A stretch of 63,717 bases of DNA, counting the filler, from Thraustochytrium aureum (Eukaryota): the NCBI GenBank assembly GCA_012862495.1. It is 8 parts of 3 records of this genome, joined end to end, with 100 filler letters (N's around TTAATTAATTAA, not from the genome) between each part and the next. Parts side by side here need not be neighbours in the genome. Positions count along the whole stretch, not along the records: positions 24,088 to 38,461 come from BLSG01000173.1; 7 more parts are not named here. One strand, given 5' to 3'. The notes under the pieces are model-generated. The model was not told the origin of the DNA. It saw nothing but the letters and a program-made list of their open reading frames with translations, and did no database searches. Both the position numbers and the translations under genes were made by a program. Shown here piece after piece: positions 24,571 to 37,200 of the stretch. Numbering within the stretch: the first letter of the stretch is position 1; each line of letters begins with the position of its first letter.

Positions 24571-27500
24571 CTACTGCATGTACGGCATGCCGCCCATCTG
24601 CGGGTGCTGCTGGTACATGCCGTTCGCCATCTGCTGCTGCATAAACTGTTGCTGCTGGTGGTAGTCCATCTGCGGCTGCTGGTTGTAGGCCTGGTTCGCG
24701 AGCATAAACGTCCCCGAGGGTGACATAAACTGCGTGGGGCCGCCAGCCATCTCGTCCTCGCCCTCCGGAACCTTGTCCGTTGTCCTGTCGTCGAGCTCCT
24801 TGACCTTGTCATGGATATCGCTCATGTACTGAATAAAGTAAGGCATGGCAAAGTCGTTGAGCTGGTTCCGCCAGGCCAGCTCCAGGACGAGGTCAGGCCG
24901 AATGAGCGAAAAGCAGCCGTACAGAGTGGCGCTGAAGGCCTCGGCGTCGCCGATGCTGACGAAAAACTTGACGAGCTCCTCAACGACCTCCTCGGAGCCG
25001 CTCGCCGCCGCGGTCTCGATGGCGTCCTTGTAGCACTTGTCTGCCTTGGAGAGGCGCACGCTCTCCGCGAAGCGCTTGTTGACCTTGAAGAGGTGCGTTG
25101 CAATGCGGCGCATCTCGAGGAGTTCGTGTGTGGAGAGCTTTTGGGCCAGAGCGATCTGGTCAAAGTTGTCGTGGGCGTCGATGCTGGCACGGAGGCCCTC
25201 GTAGTCCTCTTCTTCAAGCAGGGTCTCGTTGATGGCAGTGTTGACCGCGGCGATGTTCTCGCTCTGCACGCTCTTCAGGAACGGGAGCACGAGCGGGAGG
25301 TTGTCCTCGCCGCGCATGAGCTTGACGACGCGGGCCTTGTCGATCTTCTTCGAGAGCGACGTGAGGAGCTTGTTCAGCTTGAGGGGCGCGTACTCGAGGA
25401 AGAAGGCAGCAGCCTTGTAGTAGAGCTCCTGGTTGCGCACCTTGACGATGTAGTCGAGGAAGCGGGCATCCTCGAATGCGACCGGGTTCTCGAGCATCAC
25501 GTGGATCGCAGCGTCAAACTCCTCGTTGATCTCGTTCAAGTAGACAGCCTCGTGCCAGAGACGCGCGCGCTCGCAGGCGCGCAAGAGCTTGGGCGAGTTG
25601 ACCCGCGCCCCGTAGATCTTGAGGTGGTCCATGAGCGCGTCGGGGCGGTACTTGGAGTACAAGATGCCCAGTTCGGTGAAGATGCCCGCATGCGCGCCTT
25701 CGAGCCCGAGACCCTGCTCCAGGAGCGACAGCAGCTCCTCGGTGTGGCCCAGCCGCTCGTACTGCTGGATGAGGTCTTCCAGGTGGTCGGGGCTAACGAT
25801 GATGTGCAGCCCGCACACGGCCGCAAGCTTGAACTGGCCGTCCTCGATGCACTTGGAGCTGATCTNNNNNNNNNNNNNNNNNNNNNNNNNNNNNNNNNNN
25901 NNNNNNNNNNNNNNNNNNNNNNNNNNNNNNNNNNNNNNNNNNNNNNNNNNNNNNNNNNNNNNNNNNNNNNNNNNNNCGCGAAATTGTCCGAGGTGCACGT
26001 GGCAGCTGGCGAGCTTGGCGTTGTTGCTGATGTTGTTGAACAGGATGCGCGCAGCCTCGAACATTCCTTGGTCAAAGCAGCGGTCGCCGTGCCCTGGATG
26101 TCAGCGACGTTGGGGCTGGCGACAAACTCCTCCAGCTCGGCGAGCTTGCGGTTCTTGGCGAGGGCGTAGATGAGCTCGGTGTCGATCGTGCGCTCCTTGA
26201 CTTTCTTGCGGGCCATCTCCAGGAAGCGGACGAGGTCGTCCCACTGCTCCTCGCGCTCGGCAGCCTCAATGACGTCCTTGTAGTGCTCGGTGGGGTCGCC
26301 GCTCTTGATGTACGAGTCGATCGCCTCGCGCACGAGGATGGCGTCGAGCTGCGCCTTGGCGAGGTGGCTCCACACCTCGCTCTCGTTGCAGCGCTCCGCG
26401 AACTGGACGCCGCGGTCGAGGTCCTCCAGGTGGTTGAGCAAAACGTCGATCGCGTCCACGTTGAGGCCCACCTTGCGGTAGATCTCAAAGGCCTCTTCGA
26501 AGAGCTTGTACGAGTCGGAGCAGGCGATTTTGGCAATGTCCGGCCCGTCAAAGTTGTCGAGGCGGTGGATGTAGTCCATGACGCGCTGCGAGTCGGCCTT
26601 GATTGCGGTGAGGATGAGCAGGTTTTGCAGGTTTTTGTTGTTGGAAAACTCCTCGCCATGCAGCACGATCTTCTCCAGCAGCTCGATGAGCTCGTTGGGC
26701 AGCTCTGCGGTCATGAAGGCCTTGACGGTGGTGCTGACCTCGTCCGGGTTGTGCGACTCGGGGAGGGCCGTCTGCACGGTCTCGTCGATGACACGGCGGC
26801 GGTGCGGGTTGTCGCCGGCCAGCACGCGCTCCCAGAGCGCCATGTCTTGGCGCTCGACGCAGTAGCGCGCCTGGTCCTTGAACAGCTCGTTCGCGTTGGT
26901 GACCTCGATGAGCTCGTCGTCGCAGTTGCCCCAGGCCCGCTTGTAGGCCAGGAAGGCCAGGTACGGGTCGAGCTTTTCGCAAGAAACTTGCCCACCACCT
27001 TGGAGTCGTAAAACTGGTTGTTGCGCAGGAACGCCTGCGGCTCCTTGTTGATGGTGATGTAGATCTTGCCCATCGCGTTGTGCGTGGCCGGCTCGGTGTT
27101 GCCCTCCGCGACGCGCTGCTCTAGGAAGGGCTGCAGCATGCGCAGGCGGTTGCGCTTCTCGACCTGCTCGACGAGCTGGTCCACGGGGCAGAGGTTGCGG
27201 ACCGAGTCGAGAAGCTTTTTGATAAACTCTTCGTCGCAGTCGAGGTCGAGCAGCTTGCCGATCACCTCGGGCGTGCGCTGCGGAGACACTTTTTGCACGT
27301 AGACTTCGATGTGGGAGAGCTTCTTGTTCGTGAACAGGTACGCCGTGAGCTCCTCGATGAAGCCGTGGCGGTCGCACACGTGGATGAGCGGGCGGGGGTC
27401 CGCGAGTTTCTCCATGAGCAGAAACTCCTTGACCTTGACCGCGTCATAGTGCTCCGACTCGCGGCAGACGCGGATCACCGTGTCGAACTGGCCCATCTTG

Positions 27501-29724
27501 GCGGCCGCCTCGATGTACTTGAAGTGCACGTCCGGGTCGGTGTTGAAGCTGAGGATGGCCCCGCAAAAGTAGTAGAGGCCCTCGTACGACTTGTACGACT
27601 CGAAGAGCTTGATGAGCTCCCCGGCGCCGAGCTGCTCGGCGTACTTTGTGGCGGCCTGGACCACGATCTGCAGGTTGGCCTTGATGTTGTGCATCATGAG
27701 CACGTTCAGGCACTCGATGCAGTGCTCGCCGGTCAACGTCCCGAAAAAGTCGACGAGAAACTCGGGCGAGATGCTCTGCGTGTGGACGATGACGCGCTTG
27801 ATGTCGTCAATCTCGGTGTAGTGCTCGAGGGCGCGCTGGTAGAGCCCGCTCTTCTCGCACAGCTGCGCGACGCGGGCGCGGTCGTAGTACGAGAACATCT
27901 CGCTCGCAAAGATGGCGTCCGCGACCTGCGGGGCGCCGCCAAGGAGGTTGATCTCCAAGAGGCGCGTCTGCAAGTGGCCCTCTTCTGCTTTGTTGCTCTT
28001 GAGCGCGTCCAGGAGGAACGAGGTGGTCTCTTGAATGCGGTTGAGCTGCATGAACACGTCGACGACCATGGCAACGTCCACGAGCCGGCCGGCCTCGTTG
28101 TTGACGAGGCTCTTGGCGAACTCTTCGGCTGCCTTTGGGTTTTGGCGGACCAGGTTTTGGAGCATGAGGATGTAGTCCGGCTGGTAGCCCACCTTGACCG
28201 AGTAGGCCACGATGTTCTGGTATTCGCCGTTGAGCATAAAGCACTGGACCACCTTGTCGGGCACGTTGGCGCGCAGGTAGATGCTAAGCGCCATCTTGGG
28301 GTCGGCCTGCACGACCATGTCGCCGAGCTCCTCGCTGCACTCGAGCTTGTCCTCCTTGAGCCAGTTCTCCAGCATCTGCTGGCGGCCCTGCTGCAGCACG
28401 CGGCGAGCAAGCTCCAAGGTCTCCACGGCGTTCAGCTTGCCCTTCTCCAGCAAGGTGCTAAAGTACATGAGCACCGGCTGCGGCTGGCCCGGCTGCTGCG
28501 GGATCTGCAGGAAGCGGTTGATCGTCTGCTGCGTGCGCAGGTCCTGGCCCGCGTCCGCCGCAATGCGTGCGGCGCCCTTAAAGTCGCCCGCCTGGAACAG
28601 GCGGTCAAACTCGGCCGTGTACATCTGCCCTGCGCCGGGCAGGTTGAGCCGCGCGGCGAGCTGCATGGCCAGCTGGTTTTGCGTCCCGAGGCTCACCAGG
28701 TAGGGGACCAAGGTGTTCTCGTCGACCGAGACTTGCAAAACCTGGCCCTTGCCCGAGGTCACGCCGACCACGCCCGTGCCGTCGCTCGTCGGCGCGGACA
28801 CGAAGACCGTGTCGGCCGTGATCCGGCGGCAGAAAATCAGCTGGCCCGTGTGGATGTCGAACAAGTACAGGTAGCCCATCTTGGTGATGAGGTACAGGAT
28901 GTCGTACTTGCGGCTCGCCAGCAAGCTGACCGGAAAGTCTGCCGCAGCGTCGGCTGGGAAGGCGATGTCGCGCGGCGGGAGCTTGAACACGCCGCCAGGC
29001 GCGTCCTTGTCCTTGCCAACCTCCATCACGTACAGCTTGAAGGGCGTGTTGGGCTTGCGCTCGATGAAGCAAAACATGTTGCGCGAGATCCCGTCGCTGC
29101 GCTTGATCGTGGTAAAGCAGCCAGCAAAGCCCTGCAGGGGCTGGCTCACCTTTTTCTCCACCGAGTAGAGCTGCATGTTGCCCACCACGCCGGTGTCGCC
29201 CTTGGAGATGCCTACAATCAGGAGCCACTTGCCGTCGTCGCTGGCCTGGTAGTTGATCACCTGCGCCTCCGCCGGAAAGCTCGCGTGCCGGTCAAACATC
29301 TTCTTGGGCTCCTCGCCGCCGTCCATGCCCCAGTGAAACACCGACGTCTGCGTAACGAACGCGACGTCTTCGGGTCGACCCACCGCCAGAACTTGATCGT
29401 GGCGTTGTCCGGCAGCTTGTACGATTTCATCTTGGTTTTCATCTCCGTGTTGAAGATCTGCAGGTTCTGCCCGCCCCGCAGTGCGATTACCTTGATGATC
29501 GGGTTCATGATGGCCGCCTCGGCGGCGATCGGTCGCCGCTGCAGCTGGTTGCCGGCGGTCATGTCGACCGTCGTCAGCACGCTCTGCCCATTCTGCTGCT
29601 CGCGAATGCAGATGTACCTGTCCGACTCCATCGTCAACTCGTTGAACCGCAGCGACTGGGCCGCCACGCCCTGCGCCGACAGATTGAGCCGTTCATGAAA
29701 CTTGATCGGCAGCTGTCCCGCCAT
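24571..29724 (-). CDS. CHC: Clathrin heavy chain (indels near 29380, 26985 and 26075; one N gap)
   Basis: [15 protein letters not shown]…[13 protein letters not shown]…[17 protein letters not shown] repeats ([40 protein letters not shown]), C-terminal [24 protein letters not shown]. Confidence 0.98.
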
Positions 29725-30804
29725 CCTCGCAGAGCCGCCTCGTCCTCCGCCGCCCTGAGCCTCCTCCGCCTTCCCCCGCGGCGCCGCCGCGTGCTGCCTG
29801 CCACTACAACAACACCAACACCAANNNNNNNNNNNNNNNNNNNNNNNNNNNNNNNNNNNNNNNNNNNNNNNNNNNNNNNNNNNNNNNNNNNNNNNNNNNN
29901 NNNNNNNNNNNNNNNNNNNNNNNNNNNNNNNNNNNNNNNNNNNNNNNNNNNNNNNNNNNNNNNNNNNNNNNNNNNNNNNNNNNNNNNNNNNNNNNNNNNN
30001 NNNNNNNNNNNNNNNNNNNNNNNNNNNNNNNNNNNNNNNNNNNNNNNNNNNNNNNNNNNNNNNNNNNNNNNNNNNNNNNNNNNNNNNNNNNNNNNNNNNN
30101 NNNNNNNNNNNNNNNNNNNNNNNNNNNNNNNNNNNNNNNNNNNNNNNNNNNNNNNNNNNNNNNNNNNNNNNNNNNNNNNNNNNNNNNNNNNNNNNNNNNN
30201 NNNNNNNNNNNNNNNNNNNNNNNNNNNNNNNNNNNNNNNNNNNNNNNNNNNNNNNNNNNNNNNNNNNNNNNNNNNNNNNNNNNNNNNNNNNNNNNNNNNN
30301 NNNNNNNNNNNNNNNNNNNNNNNNNNNNNNNNNNNNNNNNNNNNNNNNNNNNNNNNNNNNNNNNNNNNNNNNNNNNNNNNNNNNNNNNNNNNNNNNNNNN
30401 NNNNNNNNNNNNNNNNNNNNNNNNNNNNNNNNNNNNNNNNNNNNNNNNNNNNNNNNNNNNNNNNNNNNNNNNNNNNNNNNNNNNNNNNNNNNNNNNNNNN
30501 NNNNNNNNNNNNNNNNNNNNNNNNNNNNNNNNNNNNNNNNNNNNNNNNNNNNNNNNNNNNNNNNNNNNNNNNNNNNNNNNNNNNNNNNNNNNNNNNNNNN
30601 NNNNNNNNNNNNNNNNNNNNNNNNNNNNNNNNNNTACCGACCCGGCAGACACTGATCGAAGAGGTAGAACCGATCACACCTCGGCGCGGCGCGAAGCGGA
30701 GAAGGCAGCGAGCAAATCCCTGCACATCACATTCGAGCAGCCCGCCGCGAACGACCGGCTTGCCTCAGGTTCTGCTGCCAACTCGCACTACCAGCGTCTT
30801 TGAG

Positions 30805-33800
30805 ATGGTCCCAGATGACTTTGCGGTCCGCGAAACGATTCGTGCAGCCGTCGTGGACGAGCGACTCCTTAAACACAACCCTTGCCAAACCCAGTGGCAC
30901 ATCCGCTTACAAATCGAGCAGCAGCTCAAAGCCAAGGACAAAAAGCGCCGCTGAAGTTATGGAAGTTGCTGACGAGATGGTCAAGCTTATCTTCACGCGC
31001 CTTGGTTGGGACAGCTTCGACTTGGACAAGCTGCCGCTGCATCCGCGGGACCCAATTCGGAAAACTATCATTCCCATGCTCCATCGTGAGCTGAGTGAGT
31101 TTGCTGAGCAGGCGGAAGGTGGGGGCGTACTGTGACGCAGTGCTTCGGCTCTCAACACGGCTGCGCGCACGGTTCGACGTGTTCTTGTCGCACAGCTGGG
31201 GCAACGAGCGGCGCACGCACAAGTGGGTTCAAGCTATCGCGCAAAAACTAGAGTCCGACTACGGCATCACGTGCTGGCTCGACGAGAACGAAATTCACTC
31301 CAACGCGGATCAAGCGATAGCGAAAGGTATCGACGAGTCCCAGACGTTTTGCGCGTGCCTCACAATCGATTACGCCGACAAAGTGCGGGATGTTCAAAAC
31401 AAGAGCTGCAGACTGGAGTACTTCTATGCCGCGGAGGGAAAGATGACGGAGGACCTTTTGCCCCTCGTGCTGGTCGAAGAGATGACCCATACCGACGAGT
31501 GGTCTGGTTTGGCCGGTTTGCACGGCCAACTTTACTACCCTCTTATCAAGGCCGACTTGGAGAGAGGTTACGGCGAGAGCGAGACCGTCCAGGAGCTCGT
31601 CGAGCTGCTCGACACGAACCCTATCCACAAGGGACACATTTCCGAGTTCGCGACCGCGATTCGCGAAAGACTGTTTCCGCACGACGACCGGGCGGACAGG
31701 GAGTTCTTGTTCCGCTTGTATCCAGGAAAGGCTTTTGCCAAGGCGGCGCTGGCTGCGGCGTTGCGGAATGGTGACCCGTGCAAGTGGGGCCGCGCCAAGT
31801 TGATGTTAGTCGGCCAAGGCCGTGCCGGGAAGACCTCGACCGTGCGGAGCCTCCTTGGTCTGCCCTACATGGAGACACCGTCAACATCCGGCGTAGATCT
31901 GAAACAGACAGCGGCGGTTGACTGGCGCGAGCGCGGAGCCGTCGAAAGCGGGTTTGAGGACCAGGCGTACCGCGCGGCCGCGGCGCGACTGGCGGATACA
32001 TCGCCCGAGAACGCAAGACCGCGCAGCGGCCGGATCTCTAGCCTCAGGAAGTCAGCTTCCTCGAAAATCGCGAGTGTGTTCAGCTCCAGAAGCGAAAAGC
32101 AGAGGAGTTCATCCAAGGTTGAGCAACCTCCGACGCGGCCGCTTGTTGAGGAATCGGACGTGGCGAGAACGTTCAACCTCAACCTCGTGTTGGGAAACAA
32201 GGCGGCTGCAGACAGCGAGCTGGTGTTTTCGATCTGGGACTATGGCGGCCAAGAGGTCTTTTACACGTTGCATCACTTATTTCTGACCGAGTACGGGCTC
32301 TACCTGGTCTGCTTCGACATGCGCGAGGTGTTGGATGCATCAAGGCAGGCCGAAGCTATGCGAAACCTCCGGTTCTGGATCAACTCGATCAAACTTCACG
32401 CGCCGAACGCGCCCTTCATCCTGGTCGGTACCTTTGCCGACGAAGTTGGTTCGAACGAGGAGCATCGCGAGATCGACATGATACTTCGAGACCAGATCAA
32501 GATTGTCACGTACAAAAACGTGAGGCAAAATTTGGCGAGTGCACTCACGTTCTTTCCATTTGACAACACGAAAGGCGGAGGCAAAACGGTCGTGGTGCTT
32601 CGCGAGCTCATCGAGCGTTCGGTGCGGGACCGCGACTACATCAAACAAGAGGTCTCGCTGCGCTGGCTCAAGGTGCTCGACGACTTGCTCAAGAGGCCCG
32701 AGTCCCGCGTCCCGTTGGAGGACGTACAGGGCCTCGCGCTAGAATACGGGGTCGCGGGGCTCAGTGCGAGGACATGCTGGCATACTTTCACGAATTGGGA
32801 GTGATTGTTCACCTTACCGCGACTGAGGAGCTGCGGCGTCATGTTATCACCAAGCCGCAGTGGCTTCTCGATTGCCTGTCAAATGTAATCAACGACGGCT
32901 GCAGGTCTGGCCACGCACCGACTTTGTACGCCAAAATTTGCGAGGAAGGATGGATCGTCGATTATGATCGGTTGCATCGGACGGGCTTCGCAAGCCGTGG
33001 ACTTCTCGAGTTTCTGTGGCGCGACGAGCCGGTCGACTACTTGCTAGACTTGATGCGGTCGATGATGCTCATTGCGGACTGGGGCAGCTCTGATAGCAAC
33101 AAGGGACCGGTGACCGAGTTCCTGGTGCCGAGCCTCGTGCCAGAAGGCACGATCGACAAAAGCCTGGAAGGGCCGACGTGCTATCTGGACTTTGGCGAGT
33201 TTTTCCTTCCAACGGGAGTATTCCAGCGCTTGCTCGCGATCGTGGCGGAGCATTCAAGCACTTTCGAAGACTCGGGCAAGCCCGTGCTAAGGCAGAGCAG
33301 TGCACTGCTTTCGTTTGGGTTCACTGACTTTTATCTCGAGGTCCTCGCAGGGGAGGACCGCATCCGCATCGTGGTCGACAAGAGGAGCGACGAGGCCGCC
33401 AAGACAATCAAACTCCTCGTCTCGATGTTACGCAAGCTCAAGGACGACGTCATGAGTAGACTACAGTGGAAGCTCACCCTCGCGTCCACCACGAACCCGG
33501 ACTGTTGTGTGCGGTACGAAGACGCCGCGAAGGCGCGCAAAGAGAGAAAGGTCAAGGTCCGCGGTGAGCGGAACGCCGTTGTCATGCTATCCGACCTGGA
33601 CGTCTTTTTCGTGGACGTCAGTCAAGGCAGCCTCGTGGACGACGTTGTCCCTACTGCGCCTGCGGGCCGAGGCACCAAGCGAGCGGGAGAACCGTGCGCA
33701 AAGCTGCGCGAGCTCCCCGAGGGGCTAAAGTACCACGTCTTTCTCTCGCACAAGCAGACGACTGCCGGGGACGCAGTCTACACGCTGTTCCACCAGTTCC

Positions 33801-34174
33801 ACAGCCGAGGCATGACGTGCTGGTTTGACCAGGCCGAGGAAAGCGTGACGACGGCAACCATGCAGCAAGGGATCCGAGAGTCGGCCGTGTATCTGCTTTT
33901 CCTCTCGAAGGACGTGTTCACTAGCAAGGCTATCTGCTTGGAGCTCGGCTGCGCCATTGAGAACAACAAGCCGATCTTGCTCGTGAACGAGTCTGATCCG
34001 CGCTTCAAGCACGCTTACAGTGACTTTGACGAGTACATAAAGACCGTCCCGGCCGCTGCCAAGACCATCTTTGATGAGTACGACTCTATCCCCTACCGCC
34101 GGTACTTTTATGAGGCGGATGGCATGATGCAGCGGCTCGAACGCCGCGTCGTCGCTGCACTGACTACTCGGTAG
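30805..34174 (+). CDS. Roco-family GTPase with two TIR domains: TIR-ROC-COR-TIR (indels near 30945, 31125 and 32760; start uncertain)
   Basis: TIR1 FDVFLSHSWG…CWLDENE…IAKGIDES…CRLE; ROC KLMLVGQGRAGKTS, STSGVD, WDYGGQEVFYTLHHLFLT, LVGTFAD; COR LAYFHELGVIVHL…VITKPQWL, FLPTGVFQRLL; TIR2 YHVFLSHKQ…CWFDQ…MQQGIRES…LLFLS…CLE…KPILLV. Confidence 0.88.
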
Positions 34175-35204
34175 GGAATGTTGGTGCTGGGTTGCCTACG
34201 GAGAAGTGCAGGTATTCGGCTGCTTAATCAAGCCGTCACTGACGGCGCGTTCCTGCGCGCGACGGAGACCGCGTCTCGTAGGAACCAGACTAACAACCAA
34301 ATTCTGGTGATGATGGCGGAAAGCCTGACGAAAGATGGCCTTGCATTGTCGAGGCGAAGCGTGCGCGAGAAAAAGTGTTGTCGATCGATCGAATTAGTTG
34401 CATCCACTGGTGGTTACGATCACAAGGGGCAGGAAGTTCCAATTAGTTTTTTCGCACTACGAATCGCCTCCGAGTCGGCACGCCCTACCTGTCCCACGCG
34501 GGTAGGTTACAGAAAGGGATGGCAGGGAAGGGATCCTGCGCTCGAGGCCCATCGAGCAGGCCCATCGAGCAGTTTGCTCGAACGCGGACGTTCCGGTCCG
34601 ACGGTCAAAAAGTCCTGAAGTTGGACGGATCAGGAAGCTGAGCGAGAGAGGGGCGAGTGCGTACGCGACCACCTGTCAAACTGCTATGCGTTGACCAGAA
34701 TCCTCTCTCTCGAGCTAGTTGAGGCCTAATCTTTCCTTGCCCGTCGGATTCGAAGGGCCTGTTGCTTCCGCGGAGCAGCCATGATGATCGTGACGTTGCG
34801 TGGCGGCTCGGGCGGGCTCGAATGGAAACGAAAGTGAGTTTGATTTGTTTTTGTGTCAAGGGACTCGAGCACAGTGGCCCAAAACAAGGGCTTGCTGCTC
34901 GCGCCCCTGATGCAGTCAGTTGCGGGGCTGCAAAGACGACGCCCACAAGAGTCAGGCCCAGTGCACTTGGCCTGGGGCCAACGCGGTGCGGCGGCGACTT
35001 TCGCTCACGCGATCCCCACGCCTGGGCGGGAGATGGCGTGTCAAGCGCAGGAAANNNNNNNNNNNNNNNNNNNNNNNNNNNNNNNNNNNNNNNNNNNNNN
35101 NNNNNNNNNNNNNNNNNNNNNNNNNNNNNNNNNNNNNNNNNNNNNNNNNNNNNNNNNNNNNNNNNNNNNNNNAGATGGCGTGTCAAGCGCAGGAAACTAT
35201 CCAA

Positions 35205-37200
35205 CTAGTTGATGGCAGAAGAGTTGCCAGAGGTTGCAGAGGAGATGCGCTGCATCTTCTTGCCCTTCGGGCTGCCGGTCATCATGTGCGCCATGCCCTG
35301 CTGGGAGGCGAGCTCGGCGTCCGAAGTGGCAAGTGACAGGCGCTTCATGGGCGAGAGCGGCACGTGGCCGGCGCGAACCGAGTCCGCGATGTGCACGAAA
35401 GGGCGCGGCTTGAGGTTGGTCTCCAGCTTGAGGCCAGCGCCCTTGTCCTCGGCAGCGGGGCCCTCGTGGTGCTGGGATTGCGTCTCGTGGCGGCCGTCGA
35501 GGTGCTCGCGATACTCGCTGTGCGGGGAGCCGTAGCCAGAGGCGACCTTGCTCATGATCTGGTGTTGGGGTCCGCCATAGGAGAAGGAATGCATGCTTGC
35601 GTTGATTCGCTGGCGGTCGTCGCCGATGGGGCCGGTGTAGCTGGCGGAAGGAACCCCGGGGGGCTTGATCGGGTACCTCGCTGGGACTCCAATGCTGTGC
35701 TTGAGCGGGGGGGGCGACGGACGGAAACTGTGCGCCGCAGCCGGGTTGTAGAGGCCCTGGATAGTCTTCTTCTGCGGGCGCGGCCCGTTGCGGCGGGCTA
35801 GGCCGGCCGACTTGTGGATGTCCACCAGGCACCACTTGACGGCGACTTGCATCTTTTCCGGCGAGAGGCCGAGCGGCTTGATGATGCGCATCCGATACGA
35901 GACCGGCGAGCCGTCCGAGGCCTTGCCGTTTCCGTTGGCGGTGATATAGCTGATGACTGGCTTGGCCTTGGGCACATTGTTCACGTACGAGGTCTTCTTC
36001 CACTCGAACGTCTTCTTTCCGAGCGTGTCGCACTTTGGGAACCCAAACGAGCCCTTGCCGCGCAAGTTCTCGCACTCGATAAAGTAAATTCCCGATCGCG
36101 GCTTGGTATAGAGCCACTCTGGCTGGAGCGGCGTCCCGGTTAGCTTGCATTTGCCGAGCTGCGCCGTCGAGTATCGCGTAAACTTGGTGTCGTCGTCCAG
36201 AAACTGCTTGAACACGTCGTGGTACTCTTTGGCGCTGGGCCAGGGGTCCTGGTTGACTGCGTGCTTGTTGCTGTTGAGCTGGATTTCGGAGTCCTCGCTG
36301 GCGCTCCTCGGGCTGCCCGACGAGTTTACGGGGCTTGGCACCAGGGAGCGGTGTTGGATAACCTCTTTGCGTCCACTGTTAGAGCCCACTTTCATCTGCC
36401 CCGGGTGCTGGTTGGCATGGTAGCCAAACCCGTTGGGGTATTGTTGGGTAGCGACGTGAGGGTGCACATGTTGCTGGTGCTGGTGCTGGTGCTGCTGGTA
36501 CTGGTTGGCGTACTGCATCTGCTGCATCTGCTGCTGGTAGTGCATCTGATGCTGCTGCACTTGCTGTTGCTGGTATTGGTTTTGCTGGGCCTGAAGCTGG
36601 TGCTGCTGGTGCTGCTCCTGCTGCTGCTGGCGCCGCTTGTCTTCAGGCTGCGAGTGCAGCCGCCCGGCGCTTTCGGAACTCGGGCTCTCGCGGTGCTCCT
36701 CGGAATCAGAGGCAGAGTTGAGGTCCGGATACGGCTCAACCCCTGCGCCGCCACGCTCTGCGTAGTCAAACACGATGGTTTTAATTGGGCTGAACGCACG
36801 CTTGATCTCCCCGGCAAAGTTGAAGCCGTCGTCGCCGTGGCCAAGCTTGTGCAGGCCTGCGTCTTCCTCGTGGTCTAGCCCGCTCGCTAGAGACTCGAGG
36901 ATTGCATTTTCGAGTCCGCCGCTCGGGCCGGCTGTTGCGTTTTGCTCGAGCACAGTTAGCGGGACGGTCTGCTCCTTCCGCGCCACGGCGGAGCCCGCCC
37001 GCGCGGCCTGCTCGCCAGCCTGCCTCTCGTCACTTACACAAGTCCTCCTTCTTGCCGCCTTTCTTGTCGTCCTGCGCGAGAATCATCAGCGCCTCGTCGA
37101 GGAGGTCATCTTCCTCGAGCAGGTTGCCGAGGTCCGCGGTTTCAGCCGCGCTTTCGAGCGACGGCGAAAGCGGCTCAAACATCCAGTCGGTCCGCATCAT
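35205..37200 (-). CDS. Two-exon Gln-rich putative transcription regulator (exon 1 37200-37038, exon 2 36931-35205), possible CG-1/CAMTA-like DNA-binding region
   Basis: Acidic exon 1 (MMRTDWMFEPL…EEDDLLDEAL) joins the 593-aa ORF in frame through a GTAAGT…GCTAAC…CAG intron. Poly-Q/H tract. The core WLYTKPRSGIYFI…TFEWKK loosely resembles CG-1, which is only weak evidence. Confidence 0.65.
36932..37037 (-). other. Spliceosomal intron (106 nt, phase 1)
   Basis: Donor GTAAGT at 37037, branch GCTAAC at 36960-36955, acceptor CAACAG ending at 36932. Splicing keeps the reading frame. Confidence 0.8.

Noticed and set aside
27293..29698. Long antisense ORFs (801 aa opposite clathrin; 503 aa at 8493-10004 opposite STI1; 647 aa at 53971-55914 opposite ATR)
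   Set aside because: These are shadow ORFs produced by strong GC3 codon bias and carry no protein motifs.
35031..35196. Direct repeat AGATGGCGTGTCAAGCGCAGGAA on both sides of an N gap, resembling a target-site duplication or terminal repeat
   Set aside because: Identical sequence directly abutting both gap edges is typical of unmerged overlapping contig ends.
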